Part shown: positions 1 through 9,312 of the stretch, one piece after another
Layout: each line of letters opens with the position of its first letter
Position numbering within the stretch: the stretch's first letter is position 1
Source of the DNA: Alistipes sp.
GTDB taxonomy: Bacteria > Bacteroidota > Bacteroidia > Bacteroidales > Rikenellaceae
DNA: 64,000 bases
Direction of reading: 5' to 3'
NCBI GenBank assembly: GCA_031551325.1
Contig: JAVBNV010000005.1
Span: 9,190-73,189, forward strand
Position numbers and translations under genes: made by a program
Notes under the pieces: generated by a model
Seen by the model: only the letters and a program-made list of their open reading frames with translations
Told to the model about the DNA's origin: nothing
Databases searched by the model: none

Positions 1-51
1 GCGGAGCGAAATTCGCTGGAAGATAGTGTTTTGCACCCCGAAGAATATTAA
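1..51 (+). CDS. mreC: 3' end of rod shape-determining protein MreC (partial)
   Basis: Open frame from the window edge (AERNSLEDSVLHPEEY*, TAA 49-51), 2 nt before mreD. Identity inferred from the conserved mreC-mreD-mrdA-rodA order. Confidence 0.6.
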   Translation, partial: AERNSLEDSVLHPEEY

Positions 52-53
52 GC

Positions 54-584
54 ATGCAGAAGATTCTTGAATATTCGATTTTGTTCGTGGTGATCGTGAT
101 CCTGCAGGTGTTCTTGTTCAGCCGGATCGGGATCAGTATGTACGTCAGTCCGCTGGTCTACATCGTGTTCGTCCTGCTGCTGCCGATGGAGATTTCCGGG
201 GCCCTGCTTCTGCTGCTGGCCCTGCTGCTGGGGGTGACGGTCGACTTTTTCATGGGCACCTCGGGCATCAACACCATCGCCACGCTTTTCGTGGCCTTCT
301 GCCGCCCGGCGGCGCTCTACCTGCTGGTGGGCAAGGATGAGGTCAAGGACGGGGGCGTGCCCAACGTCAACCGGCTCGGCAGGCCCAAGTTCCTGCGCTA
401 CGCCGGGCTGTTGATCCTGCTGCACAGCACGCTTTTTTTTCTGCTGGAGACCCTCTCTTGGCGGTTTTTCCACCTGACGCTGCTGCGCATCGTGTTGAGC
501 TCGGCGGTGTGCCTGCTGCTGGTCTACTTCTGCCAGCGCCTTTTCTCGGTCAACCGCCCGGGGGGATACACCGGGGTGGAATAA
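54..584 (+). CDS. mreD: Rod shape-determining protein MreD
   Basis: 176-aa fully hydrophobic protein with 'LGVTVDFFMGTSGIN' (D-x-F-x-G-x-x-G) pattern, directly upstream of PBP2. Confidence 0.88.
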   Translation: MQKILEYSILFVVIVILQVFLFSRIGISMYVSPLVYIVFVLLLPMEISGALLLLLALLLGVTVDFFMGTSGINTIATLFVAFCRPAALYLLVGKDEVKDGGVPNVNRLGRPKFLRYAGLLILLHSTLFFLLETLSWRFFHLTLLRIVLSSAVCLLLVYFCQRLFSVNRPGGYTGVE

Positions 585-614
585 GAGTTTGTCTAAAAAC
601 AATGACGACAGGCC

Positions 615-2432
615 ATGGCTAAGAACAGCAATTCGCGGGTAGACATCCTCAAGGGGGTGGTGATCGTGGCTTCGGCCCTGATCCTGCTCAGGCTGTTCTA
701 CATCCAGGTGGTGGACTCCACCTACAAGAGCTTCGCGGCCAACAATGTCCTGCGCTACATGGTGCAGTACCCGCCTCGGGGCGAGGTCTACGACCGCAAC
801 GGCGAGTTCCTCGTGCAGAGCAAGGAGGCCTACGACCTGATGGTCACCCCGCGGGAGGTCAAGCCCTTCGACACGATCGAACTGGCGCGTATCCTGGGGG
901 TGCGCATCGAGCAGATCCGCAACGAGCTGCGCCAGGCCGGCGCCTTCTCGCGCCGCCGCCCCTCGGTCATCTTCAAGCAGCTGCCCAAGGAGGTGAAGGT
1001 CCGCCTGGACGAACGCAACTTCCCCGGATTCTTCACCGTCTACCGCACCGTGCGTTCCTACCCCTCGAAAATGGCCGGAAACCTGCTGGGCTACGTGGGC
1101 GAGGTGAACGACCGCATCCTGGAGAACAACCCCTACTACCGCAGCGGCGACTACATCGGCATGAGCGGCATCGAGCAGGCCTACGAGGAAGTGCTGCGGG
1201 GCGAGAAGGGGGTCAAGATCGAGATGGTGGACGTGCACGGCATTCCCAAGGGCTCCTACGCCGAGGGGGTGTACGACACCCTGCCTTCGCCGGGCGTGGC
1301 GATCACCTGCACCATCGACGGCCGCCTGCAGGCCCTGGCCGAGGAACTGCTCCGGGGCAAGGTGGGCAGCGTGGTGGCCATCGAGCCGGCGACGGGTGAG
1401 ATCCTGGTGATGGCCAGCAGCCCCAGCTACGACCCCGACGAACTGGTGGGCCGCCAACGGGGCAACAACTACATGAAGCTGCTCAACGACCGCCGCCGCC
1501 CGCTCTTCAACCGGGCCGTGATGGCCAGCTACCCCCCGGGCTCGACCTTCAAGACGGTCAACGGCCTGATCGCCCTGCAGGAGGGCCTGCTGGTACCTTC
1601 CCAGGCCTACCCCTGTCACATGGGCTACCCCTACGGCCGTGGGGTGAAATGCCACGCCCACTCTTCGCCGGTCGACCTGCCGGGAGCGGTGGCCACTTCC
1701 TGCAACGCCTACTTCTGCTACGTTTTCCGGGGCCTGATCGAGAACCGCAAGTACGGCGGCATCCGCAAGGGCTTCGACGTCTGGGAAGAGTACGTGCGCA
1801 GCTTCGGCTACGGCCGCAACCTGGACAGCGACTTCTCGGGCGAGCTCAACGGCAACGTACCCACCTCGGCCTACTACGATAAACAATACAAAGGCTCCTG
1901 GAACGGACTGACGGTCATCTCGTTGTCCATCGGCCAGGGCGAGCTGGGCTGCACCCCCCTGCAGATGGCCAACTTCGCCGCCACCATCGCCAACCGGGGG
2001 CATTACCGCATCCCGCACGTGGTGCGCCGCATCCACGACCGCGATTCGATCGACGCCCGTTTTTATGTCGATCATCCCACCATGGTCGAGGCCAAGCACT
2101 TCGACCCCATCGTCGAGGGGATGTACCGCGCCGTGAACGTGGCCGGGACCGGGGGCATCGCCCGCGTGGAGGGCCTCGACATCTGCGGCAAGACGGGCAC
2201 GGCCCAGAACCCGCACGGCAAGGACCACGGCACGTTCATGTGCTTCGCCCCGCGCAATAACCCCAAGATCGCCGTCTCGGCCTACGTCGAGAACGGGGGC
2301 TTCGGGGCCACGGTGGCCGCACCGATCGCCAGCCTGATTACCGAATTGTACCTCACCGACACCATCCGCCGCCCCGAACTGGTGCAGCGGGTCAAGGAGA
2401 CGGTGCTAAGCTACCCCTACTATGCAAAATAA
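615..2432 (+). CDS. mrdA: Penicillin-binding protein 2 (class B transpeptidase)
   Basis: N-terminal TM anchor, 'RGEVYDRNG' dimerisation motif, transpeptidase motifs SxxK (GSTFK), SxN (SCN) and KTG (KTGT). Confidence 0.95.
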   Translation: MAKNSNSRVDILKGVVIVASALILLRLFYIQVVDSTYKSFAANNVLRYMVQYPPRGEVYDRNGEFLVQSKEAYDLMVTPREVKPFDTIELARILGVRIEQIRNELRQAGAFSRRRPSVIFKQLPKEVKVRLDERNFPGFFTVYRTVRSYPSKMAGNLLGYVGEVNDRILENNPYYRSGDYIGMSGIEQAYEEVLRGEKGVKIEMVDVHGIPKGSYAEGVYDTLPSPGVAITCTIDGRLQALAEELLRGKVGSVVAIEPATGEILVMASSPSYDPDELVGRQRGNNYMKLLNDRRRPLFNRAVMASYPPGSTFKTVNGLIALQEGLLVPSQAYPCHMGYPYGRGVKCHAHSSPVDLPGAVATSCNAYFCYVFRGLIENRKYGGIRKGFDVWEEYVRSFGYGRNLDSDFSGELNGNVPTSAYYDKQYKGSWNGLTVISLSIGQGELGCTPLQMANFAATIANRGHYRIPHVVRRIHDRDSIDARFYVDHPTMVEAKHFDPIVEGMYRAVNVAGTGGIARVEGLDICGKTGTAQNPHGKDHGTFMCFAPRNNPKIAVSAYVENGGFGATVAAPIASLITELYLTDTIRRPELVQRVKETVLSYPYYAK

Positions 2433-3864
2433 CAACGCCGACTCGCTTGCCCTGGGCCGGATCGACTGGGTGTCGATCCTGATCTACGCGGCCTTGGTGT
2501 TGATGGGCTGGCTCAACATCTACGCCGCCGTTTACGACGAGGCCCACGCGAGTATCTTCGATATGGGTCAGCGCTACGGCATGCAGCTGGTGTGGATCGG
2601 AGTCTCGGTCTTTCTGGCCGTTTCGATCCTGCTGATCGACGACAAGTACTACCACATGCTGTCCTATCCCTTCTACTGGATCATGATCCTGGTGCTGCTG
2701 GGGGTGCTGTTTTTCGGCAAGGAGGTCAACGGGGCCAAGGCCTGGATCATGATCGGGCCGGTGGCCTTCCAGCCCACCGAGCTGGCCAAGTTCACCACCT
2801 CGCTGGCCCTGGCCCGCTACATGAGCGCCTACTCGTTCGACATCCACAATTTCCGCAACATGTTCCGCGTCTTCCTGATCCTGCTGCTGCCCGTGGCGGT
2901 GATCCTCTTGCAGAACGACACGGGCTCGGCGCTGGTCTACGGCTCGTTCCTGTTTATGTTGTACCGCGAGGGATTCAACGGCTGGATCTACGTGGCCCTG
3001 TTTATGGTCATTTCACTGTTTATCTTCTCGTTCCTGCTGGAACCCGCCGCCCTGCTGGTGCTGATGGTCATCGCCTGTACGGTGGCCGAGGGACTGACCA
3101 ACGGCCTCTGGCGGGACAAACTGATCTACCTCTCGGGGGTGCTGCTGGGCGCCCTGCTGCTGCACGTCGGCCCCGCGCTGCTGCTGGGGACGGGCATTTC
3201 GTTCTATGTGAGCTTGCTGATCTCCGTGGTCATCTCGCTGGCGGCGGTCTTTTTCTACGCCTACCGCTACAAATTGCGCAACGTCTTTATGTTTGTGCTG
3301 CTGTTTTTCGGCTCGCTGGCCTTCACCCAGGTGGTGGATTACGCCTTCGACAACATCCTGCAAACCCACCAGCAGAAACGCATCCTCGACCTGCTGGGCC
3401 TCGAATCCGACCTCAAGGGCTGGGGCTACAACGTCAACCAGTCTAAGATCGCCATCGGCTCGGGCGGTTTCTCGGGCAAGGGTTTTCTGGAGGGGACTCA
3501 GACCAAATTCAACTTCGTGCCCGAGCAGAGCACCGACTTTATTTTCTGCACCGTGGGTGAGGAGTGGGGTTTCCTGGGCAGCGCCCTGGTGGTCATTCTT
3601 TTCGCCGTGCTGATCGTGCGCCTCATCCGCATGGGCGAGCGGCAGAAGGAGTCCTTCGGGCGGGTCTACTGCTACTGTGCGGCCTCGATTTTCCTGTTCC
3701 ACGTGCTGGTCAACATCGGCATGACCATCGGCATCATGCCGGTGATCGGCATCCCCCTGCCGTTCTTCAGCTACGGGGGCTCTTCGTTGATTTCCTTTAC
3801 GATCCTGTTGTTCGTGGCCATCCGGCTCGATATGTCCAAACAGGAATTGCAAACAACCTATTAA
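2422..3864 (+). CDS. rodA: SEDS peptidoglycan glycosyltransferase RodA
   Basis: Multi-TM, 'FQPTELAK', 'LQNDTGSALV', 'PEQSTDFIF..GEEWGF', 'PLPFFSYGGSS'. Overlaps mrdA by 11 nt. Confidence 0.95.
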   Translation: MQNNNADSLALGRIDWVSILIYAALVLMGWLNIYAAVYDEAHASIFDMGQRYGMQLVWIGVSVFLAVSILLIDDKYYHMLSYPFYWIMILVLLGVLFFGKEVNGAKAWIMIGPVAFQPTELAKFTTSLALARYMSAYSFDIHNFRNMFRVFLILLLPVAVILLQNDTGSALVYGSFLFMLYREGFNGWIYVALFMVISLFIFSFLLEPAALLVLMVIACTVAEGLTNGLWRDKLIYLSGVLLGALLLHVGPALLLGTGISFYVSLLISVVISLAAVFFYAYRYKLRNVFMFVLLFFGSLAFTQVVDYAFDNILQTHQQKRILDLLGLESDLKGWGYNVNQSKIAIGSGGFSGKGFLEGTQTKFNFVPEQSTDFIFCTVGEEWGFLGSALVVILFAVLIVRLIRMGERQKESFGRVYCYCAASIFLFHVLVNIGMTIGIMPVIGIPLPFFSYGGSSLISFTILLFVAIRLDMSKQELQTTY

Positions 3865-3874
3865 TTCCCGGATT

Positions 3875-6604
3875 ATGAAATTCAGAATGTTTCTTTTACC
3901 CCTGCTGGGCCTGTTGGCAGCTTGCAGTTCCTCGCCCAAGGCGGACAACCTGACCACCGAATACCTGCGCGATCCCCTGGGCATCGACGCCCGGACCCCG
4001 CGCCTGAGCTGGCAGATCGAGTCCCCGCGCCGGGGAACGCTGCAGGAGACTTACGAGATCCGGGTCTGGACAGGCCCGGAAAACCCCGCCCGGGGCGAGA
4101 TGGTCTGGGAGAGCGGCCAGGTCGCTTCCGGCCAATCCCTGCACGTGGCCTACGCCGGAAAACCCCTGCAATCGAATGAGCGCTACTACTGGCAGGTGCG
4201 CGTGCACGACAACCACGGAAAAAGTTCCGCCTGGAGTCGGACGGCCCTCTGGCAGACGGGCCTGCTCGATAGCGCCGACTGGAAAGGACAATGGATCGGC
4301 CTCGACCAGCAGTACTCCGAGCCCGAGGACGACCGCCGCCGTCTGAGCGCCCGCATGCTGCGCCGCGAGTTCACGCTCGACAAACCCGTCGCCCGGGCGA
4401 CGGTCTACCTCTCGGGCCTGGGCTTTTCGGAGCTCTACCTCAATGGCGCCAAGGTGGGCGATAGGGTGATGGACCCCACGCACTCCAACTATGATCGCCG
4501 TTATTTCTACGTGGCCCACGACGTCACCGCACAGCTGCACAAGGGGGCCAACGCCCTGGGCGTCTGGCTGGGCAACGGCCGCTTCTTCGCCCCCAGGGTG
4601 CGGATTCCGGCTCCCACTCCCACCTTCGGTTTCCCGAAAATGCTCCTGCAGATGGAGATCGAGTATACGGACGGCAGCCGCGAAACCCTGGTGAGCGATG
4701 CCTCCTGGAAGGTCACCGACCAGGGGCCCATCCGCGCCAACAACGAATTCGACGGCGAGGAGTACGACGCCCGGATGGAGCAACCGGGTTGGGATGCTCC
4801 CGGCTTCGACGATTCCGCCTGGCAGCCCGCTATGCTCGTGGCAGCTCCCAAAGGGACGCCGGTCGCCCAGATGCAGGAACCGATGCGGGTGCTCGAAACG
4901 CTCGCCCCGGTGGAAATCCGCCGCCAGGAGGACGGGAAGTATTGGGTCGACTTCGGGCAGAACCTCTACGGCATGTGCCGCATCCGCGTAAGCGGTCCGC
5001 GCGACACACGGGTGGTGATCCGCGCCGCCTTCGACCTCGATTCCTCGGGAAAAGTAGACCTCTCCAACAACCGCAGCGCCCTCTGTACGGACGTCTACAC
5101 CCTCAAGGGCGAAGGCACCGAGACCTGGGCCCCCCGCTTCCGCGGCCAGGGATTCCGCTATGCCGAGATCGAGGGCTGGCCCGGCGAACTGACCAAAGAA
5201 AACATCGGGATGCTGGCCGTCCAGTCCGACCTGCAACCGGTGGGCACCTTCGCCTGCTCGAACGAACTGGTCAACCGGATCTACGCCAACATGTGGCGCA
5301 CGGTGCGCATGCAGGAGCGCGGCCTGCCGATGGACCCTGACCGGGACGAACGCCAGGCCTGGCTGAGCGTCTCGGAGATGAGCTCCGAAACGGAAGGCTA
5401 CATGTACAACGTGGCGGCCTTCTACGAAAATTTCCTCTCCGAGACCCGCGCCGACCAGCGCGCCGACGGCTGCCTGGCCGACGGCGGCTCGCTTTGGGCC
5501 TGGAGCTACAGCGGAGACCCCTGCTGGCCCTCGGTCATCACCACCAACCCCTGGTCGCAGTACCGCATGTACGGCGACGACCGCCAGATCGAACTTTGCT
5601 ACCCGGTGATGAAAAAATGGGTGGAGTACCTCGGGACGCTGGTCGACCAGGATCTGATTTTCCGCAAGGGCTGCTACTCGGACTGGGTGGATGCCTCCAC
5701 CATGGATATCTACGACCGGCCGCCCTTCGGGGATACCCCCAAGGCCCTGCTCTCGACGGCCTACTACTATTACAACCTGAAAGTCGTGGAACGCACGGCC
5801 CTCTTCCTGGGCCGTCCCCTCGATGAAGTGGCCGCCTTCGGTGACCTGGCCGAGCACGTGAAAGAAGCCTACAACAACGCCTTCTTCGACGCGGCCACGG
5901 GCCGCTACCTGGGTGATACCCAGGCGGGCTATGCCCTGGCCTTCGAGTTCGACCTGGTGCCTGAGGGGATGGAGCAGCGGGTTGCCACCCGCTTCGCCGA
6001 CCGGGTGGCCATCGACGACAAGGGCCACCTGACCGTGGGTTGCCCCGGCACCAAGTGGCTGATGCAGGCCCTCACCCGCATCGGGCGCACCGACCTGGCC
6101 TACACCATCCTCACCCAGACCACGCGCCCCAGCTGGGGCTACATGGTTGCTCAGGGCGGCACTTCGATCTGGGAACGCTGGGACTGCAATACCCAGGAGC
6201 CGGGCATGAACGGCCAGAGCCAGACCATCCTCTCGGGCTACCTGGGCGCCTGGATGTACCGCACGCTGGGCGGCATCGCCTACGACCCCGAAGAACCCGG
6301 ATTCCGGCACATTATCATGCGCCCCGAACCCGCGGGCGACCTCAGCTGGGTGGACTGCTCCTTCGAGTCCCTCTACGGAGAGATCGTCAGCAACTGGAAG
6401 ATCGTCGACGGGAAATTCCACTGGTCGATCCGCATCCCGGCCGGCTGCCGCGCCACCATCTTCCTGCCCACGGACGACGCCCACTCGGTTCAGGAGGGAC
6501 GCTCCGAGACCGAAGGAGTGCATTTCCAGGGCTCCGAACCCGGAGTGGCCGTCTTCGCCCTCGGCTCGGGAGAGTACAACTTCACGGCGGACTATAAAAA
6601 ATAA
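3875..6604 (+). CDS. GH78 (alpha-L-rhamnosidase family) lipoprotein, divergent active site
   Basis: Lipobox LAAC; 'DFGQN', 'FRGQGFRYAEI', 'RDER', 'YSDW', 'PSWGYMV..G.TSIWERW'. Same architecture as the paralog at 59595. Confidence 0.85.
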   Translation: MKFRMFLLPLLGLLAACSSSPKADNLTTEYLRDPLGIDARTPRLSWQIESPRRGTLQETYEIRVWTGPENPARGEMVWESGQVASGQSLHVAYAGKPLQSNERYYWQVRVHDNHGKSSAWSRTALWQTGLLDSADWKGQWIGLDQQYSEPEDDRRRLSARMLRREFTLDKPVARATVYLSGLGFSELYLNGAKVGDRVMDPTHSNYDRRYFYVAHDVTAQLHKGANALGVWLGNGRFFAPRVRIPAPTPTFGFPKMLLQMEIEYTDGSRETLVSDASWKVTDQGPIRANNEFDGEEYDARMEQPGWDAPGFDDSAWQPAMLVAAPKGTPVAQMQEPMRVLETLAPVEIRRQEDGKYWVDFGQNLYGMCRIRVSGPRDTRVVIRAAFDLDSSGKVDLSNNRSALCTDVYTLKGEGTETWAPRFRGQGFRYAEIEGWPGELTKENIGMLAVQSDLQPVGTFACSNELVNRIYANMWRTVRMQERGLPMDPDRDERQAWLSVSEMSSETEGYMYNVAAFYENFLSETRADQRADGCLADGGSLWAWSYSGDPCWPSVITTNPWSQYRMYGDDRQIELCYPVMKKWVEYLGTLVDQDLIFRKGCYSDWVDASTMDIYDRPPFGDTPKALLSTAYYYYNLKVVERTALFLGRPLDEVAAFGDLAEHVKEAYNNAFFDAATGRYLGDTQAGYALAFEFDLVPEGMEQRVATRFADRVAIDDKGHLTVGCPGTKWLMQALTRIGRTDLAYTILTQTTRPSWGYMVAQGGTSIWERWDCNTQEPGMNGQSQTILSGYLGAWMYRTLGGIAYDPEEPGFRHIIMRPEPAGDLSWVDCSFESLYGEIVSNWKIVDGKFHWSIRIPAGCRATIFLPTDDAHSVQEGRSETEGVHFQGSEPGVAVFALGSGEYNFTADYKK

Positions 6605-6627
6605 TCCTCCGAAAGCACCCCACTAAA

Positions 6628-6658
6628 AACGTCCGGGCCTGCTGAAGGCCCGGACGTT
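6628..6658. terminator. Bidirectional intrinsic terminator hairpin
   Basis: aacgtccgggcct / aggcccggacgtt 13-bp stem between convergent genes. Confidence 0.8.
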
Positions 6659-6677
6659 CTTTATATATTAAGGAGTG

Positions 6678-9251
6678 CTACTGTTTATGCCGGTAAGCAT
6701 GGGTAAGCACCCGGACGGCTTCGCCGATCCACATCACCAGCGAAGTGGCCCCGATGATAATCCCCCAGTCTTTCCAGGAGAGGGGGGTCGTGCGGAATAC
6801 CTCCCCGCCCCAGGTGACGATGACGTACTGTCCCAGCAGGATCACCAACAGCACCCCGAAGAAGGCCCCGCAGCCTTTCATCGAGCGGAAGACCGATTTC
6901 CCGGAGGCAAATCCTTTGGCGTTGAACATATTCCAGAATTGAAGCATCACGAACACCGTGAAGAAGTACGACAGGTCGTAGAGCGTGATGCCCTCCCCGA
7001 AGTAGTAGAGCATACCCAGCAGCGCGGCGATAAAGACCCCGCCCACGACCAGGATGCTGCGTCCCATCGAAGGGGTGATGATAAAGTCGCTGTTCTTGCG
7101 CGGTTTCTCCCGCATCACCTCGCGGTTGGGCGGCAGCGAGGCCAGGGCCAGGGCGGCGAAGGTGTCCATGATGAGGTTGACCCAGAGCATCTGGGTGACC
7201 GTCAGCGGCAACTGGCTGCCGAAGACCGAGCCCAGCAGGACGATCACCACGGCCACCACGTTGATGGTCAGTTGGAAGAGCACGAAGCGCTGGATGTTGC
7301 GGTAGAGCGAGCGCCCCCACATGACCGCCGTGGCGATGCTGGCGAAGGAGTCGTCCATCAGGGTGATGTCGCTGGCCTCCTTGGCCACGGAGGTCCCGGA
7401 GCCCATCGAAAGGCCCACCTGGGCGAAGTTGAGGGCCGGGGCGTCGTTGGTCCCGTCCCCGGTGACGGCCACCACTTCCCCGCGCTGTTGCAGCAGGCGC
7501 ACCAGGCGTTGTTTGTCCAGCGGGCGGGCGCGGGACATGATTTTGAGCGACTGCACCCGTTCGAGCAGCTGCTCGTCGCTCATCTCGGCGAACTCGGGTC
7601 CGGTCAGGCGGTTGTAGTCGGTGTCGGCCTCGGTCCACAGGCCGATCTGGCGGGCGACCTCCGTGGCCGTGGCCGGGGTGTCTCCCGTGACGATCTTCAC
7701 CTCGATCCCCGCGCTCAGGCACTCGGCCACGGCTCCGGGCACGTCCTCGCGCACGGGGTCGGATATGGCGGCGATGCCGTAGAAGGTCAGCGGGCAGGTT
7801 GATAAGGCCTCCTCGCAGGTCGTGGCCCCCTGGCAGGAGGCATAGGCGAAGCCCAGCGTGCGCATGGCCATGTTCTGGTAGGCGATCAGTTGTTCGGTCA
7901 CCTCTCTCTCCCGGTCGAATCCGGTGCACATCCCCAGGACGATTTCGGGGGCCCCTTTGAGGTAGATCATCCGCCCCCGGGTGGGGGAATCGACCAGCGT
8001 GGCCATGTACTTGCGTTCGGTGGCGAAGGTCATCTGGTCGACCACCTTGACCCCCTCGCGCAGCGGTTCGTAGTCGAGCCCCTGCGAGCGCAGCCACAGC
8101 AGCAGTGCCCCCTCGGTGGGGTTGCCGATCACCTTGGCCGAGGCGTCCAGGAAAGCGGTCGAGTTGGTGGCGAGGCTCTCGGCGAACAGCGCCTGTTGCT
8201 CCTCGTGGTAGGGCCGCATTTCGTAGACCCGCATCTCGTTGCGGGTGAGGGTGCCGGTCTTGTCGGTGCAGATCACCGTGATGGCCCCCATGGTCTCGCT
8301 GGCGTGCATCTTGCGCACCAGGTTGTTGGTCTTGAGCATCCGGCGCATGTTGACCGCCAGGCTCAGCGTCACGCTCATGGGCAGGCCCTCGGGCACGGCC
8401 ACCACGATCAGCGTGACGGCCACCATGAAGTACTGCAACAGCACCTCGGCCCGGGTCACCCAGTCGGCTCCCATCAGTTCGCCCGTCACGAAGAATCCCT
8501 TGAACATCAGCGCCGCGAAGGTCAGCAGCGCCAGGGCCAGGCCCGTGCGCCCGATCAGCTTCGAGAGGCGCTGGAGCTGGATCGTCAGCGGAGTTTTCTC
8601 CTTGCTTTCGACCGTGGCCTGTTGGGCCACTTTCCCGAATTCGGTGGCGTCGCCCACGGCTTCGATCTGCATGATGCCGTGTCCGCCGATAACCGTCGTG
8701 CCCCGCATCAGGTGGTTGGAGGGGTAGGTGGCTTCCTCGCGGAACAGGGCTTTGTCGGTGGTCTTGGCAGTCTGGGGCTCGCCCGTGAGGGTCGATTCGT
8801 TGACCCGCATAGCCATCGCTTCGAGCAGCACCCCGTCGGCCGGGATCTCCTCCCCGTTCTCGACGATGACGATGTCCCCCACCACGACGTCCTGCTTGGG
8901 GATCTCGGCCACCGCCGAGTCGCGGATCACCTTGACCGGCGTCTCATCGTTGGTCTGGTTGAGGACGTCGAACTTGCGCATGGCGTCGTATTCGAACCAG
9001 AAGGCCACCCCCGTGGCCAGGAAAATGGCGCAGAAAATCCCGATCGTCTCGGCGAACTCGTTGTGGATAAAGCCGATGATCAGCGACAGAAAGGCTGCCA
9101 CCAGCAGGATGCGGATGATCGGGTCCTTGAATTTTTCGAGAAAGAGCATCCACAGCGGGGTCCGCTTGGGAGGCGTGATAAGGTTGCGTCCGTGCCGGGC
9201 ACGGCTATCTTCGACCTGGGCCGGGGAGAGGCCCTGAAATGAGTTTGCCAT
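6678..9251 (-). CDS. Calcium-translocating P-type ATPase (P2, PMCA-like)
   Basis: DKTGT phosphorylation site, 'NESTLTGE', PEGL, KGAPE, 'TGDGTNDAPAL', 'QMLWVNLIMD'. Confidence 0.92.
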   Translation of the reverse strand: MANSFQGLSPAQVEDSRARHGRNLITPPKRTPLWMLFLEKFKDPIIRILLVAAFLSLIIGFIHNEFAETIGIFCAIFLATGVAFWFEYDAMRKFDVLNQTNDETPVKVIRDSAVAEIPKQDVVVGDIVIVENGEEIPADGVLLEAMAMRVNESTLTGEPQTAKTTDKALFREEATYPSNHLMRGTTVIGGHGIMQIEAVGDATEFGKVAQQATVESKEKTPLTIQLQRLSKLIGRTGLALALLTFAALMFKGFFVTGELMGADWVTRAEVLLQYFMVAVTLIVVAVPEGLPMSVTLSLAVNMRRMLKTNNLVRKMHASETMGAITVICTDKTGTLTRNEMRVYEMRPYHEEQQALFAESLATNSTAFLDASAKVIGNPTEGALLLWLRSQGLDYEPLREGVKVVDQMTFATERKYMATLVDSPTRGRMIYLKGAPEIVLGMCTGFDREREVTEQLIAYQNMAMRTLGFAYASCQGATTCEEALSTCPLTFYGIAAISDPVREDVPGAVAECLSAGIEVKIVTGDTPATATEVARQIGLWTEADTDYNRLTGPEFAEMSDEQLLERVQSLKIMSRARPLDKQRLVRLLQQRGEVVAVTGDGTNDAPALNFAQVGLSMGSGTSVAKEASDITLMDDSFASIATAVMWGRSLYRNIQRFVLFQLTINVVAVVIVLLGSVFGSQLPLTVTQMLWVNLIMDTFAALALASLPPNREVMREKPRKNSDFIITPSMGRSILVVGGVFIAALLGMLYYFGEGITLYDLSYFFTVFVMLQFWNMFNAKGFASGKSVFRSMKGCGAFFGVLLVILLGQYVIVTWGGEVFRTTPLSWKDWGIIIGATSLVMWIGEAVRVLTHAYRHKQ

Positions 9252-9260
9252 ATTAATTTG

Positions 9261-9269
9261 CGAAAGTTA
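9261..9269 (-). promoter_or_regulatory. Variant -7 promoter element (TAACTTTCG) for the P-type ATPase
   Basis: One mismatch to TAnnTTTG, 9 nt upstream of the ATG in an AT-rich gap. Confidence 0.4.
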
Positions 9270-9312
9270 GATTATCCTGCCTATGCAAGACGGATGCCGG
9301 AAAACGGTGCGC

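Noticed and set aside
2422-3864. Unusually long RodA (480 aa) with extra TM segments
   Set aside because: The central hydrophobic insertion is, to my knowledge, typical of Bacteroidota RodA.
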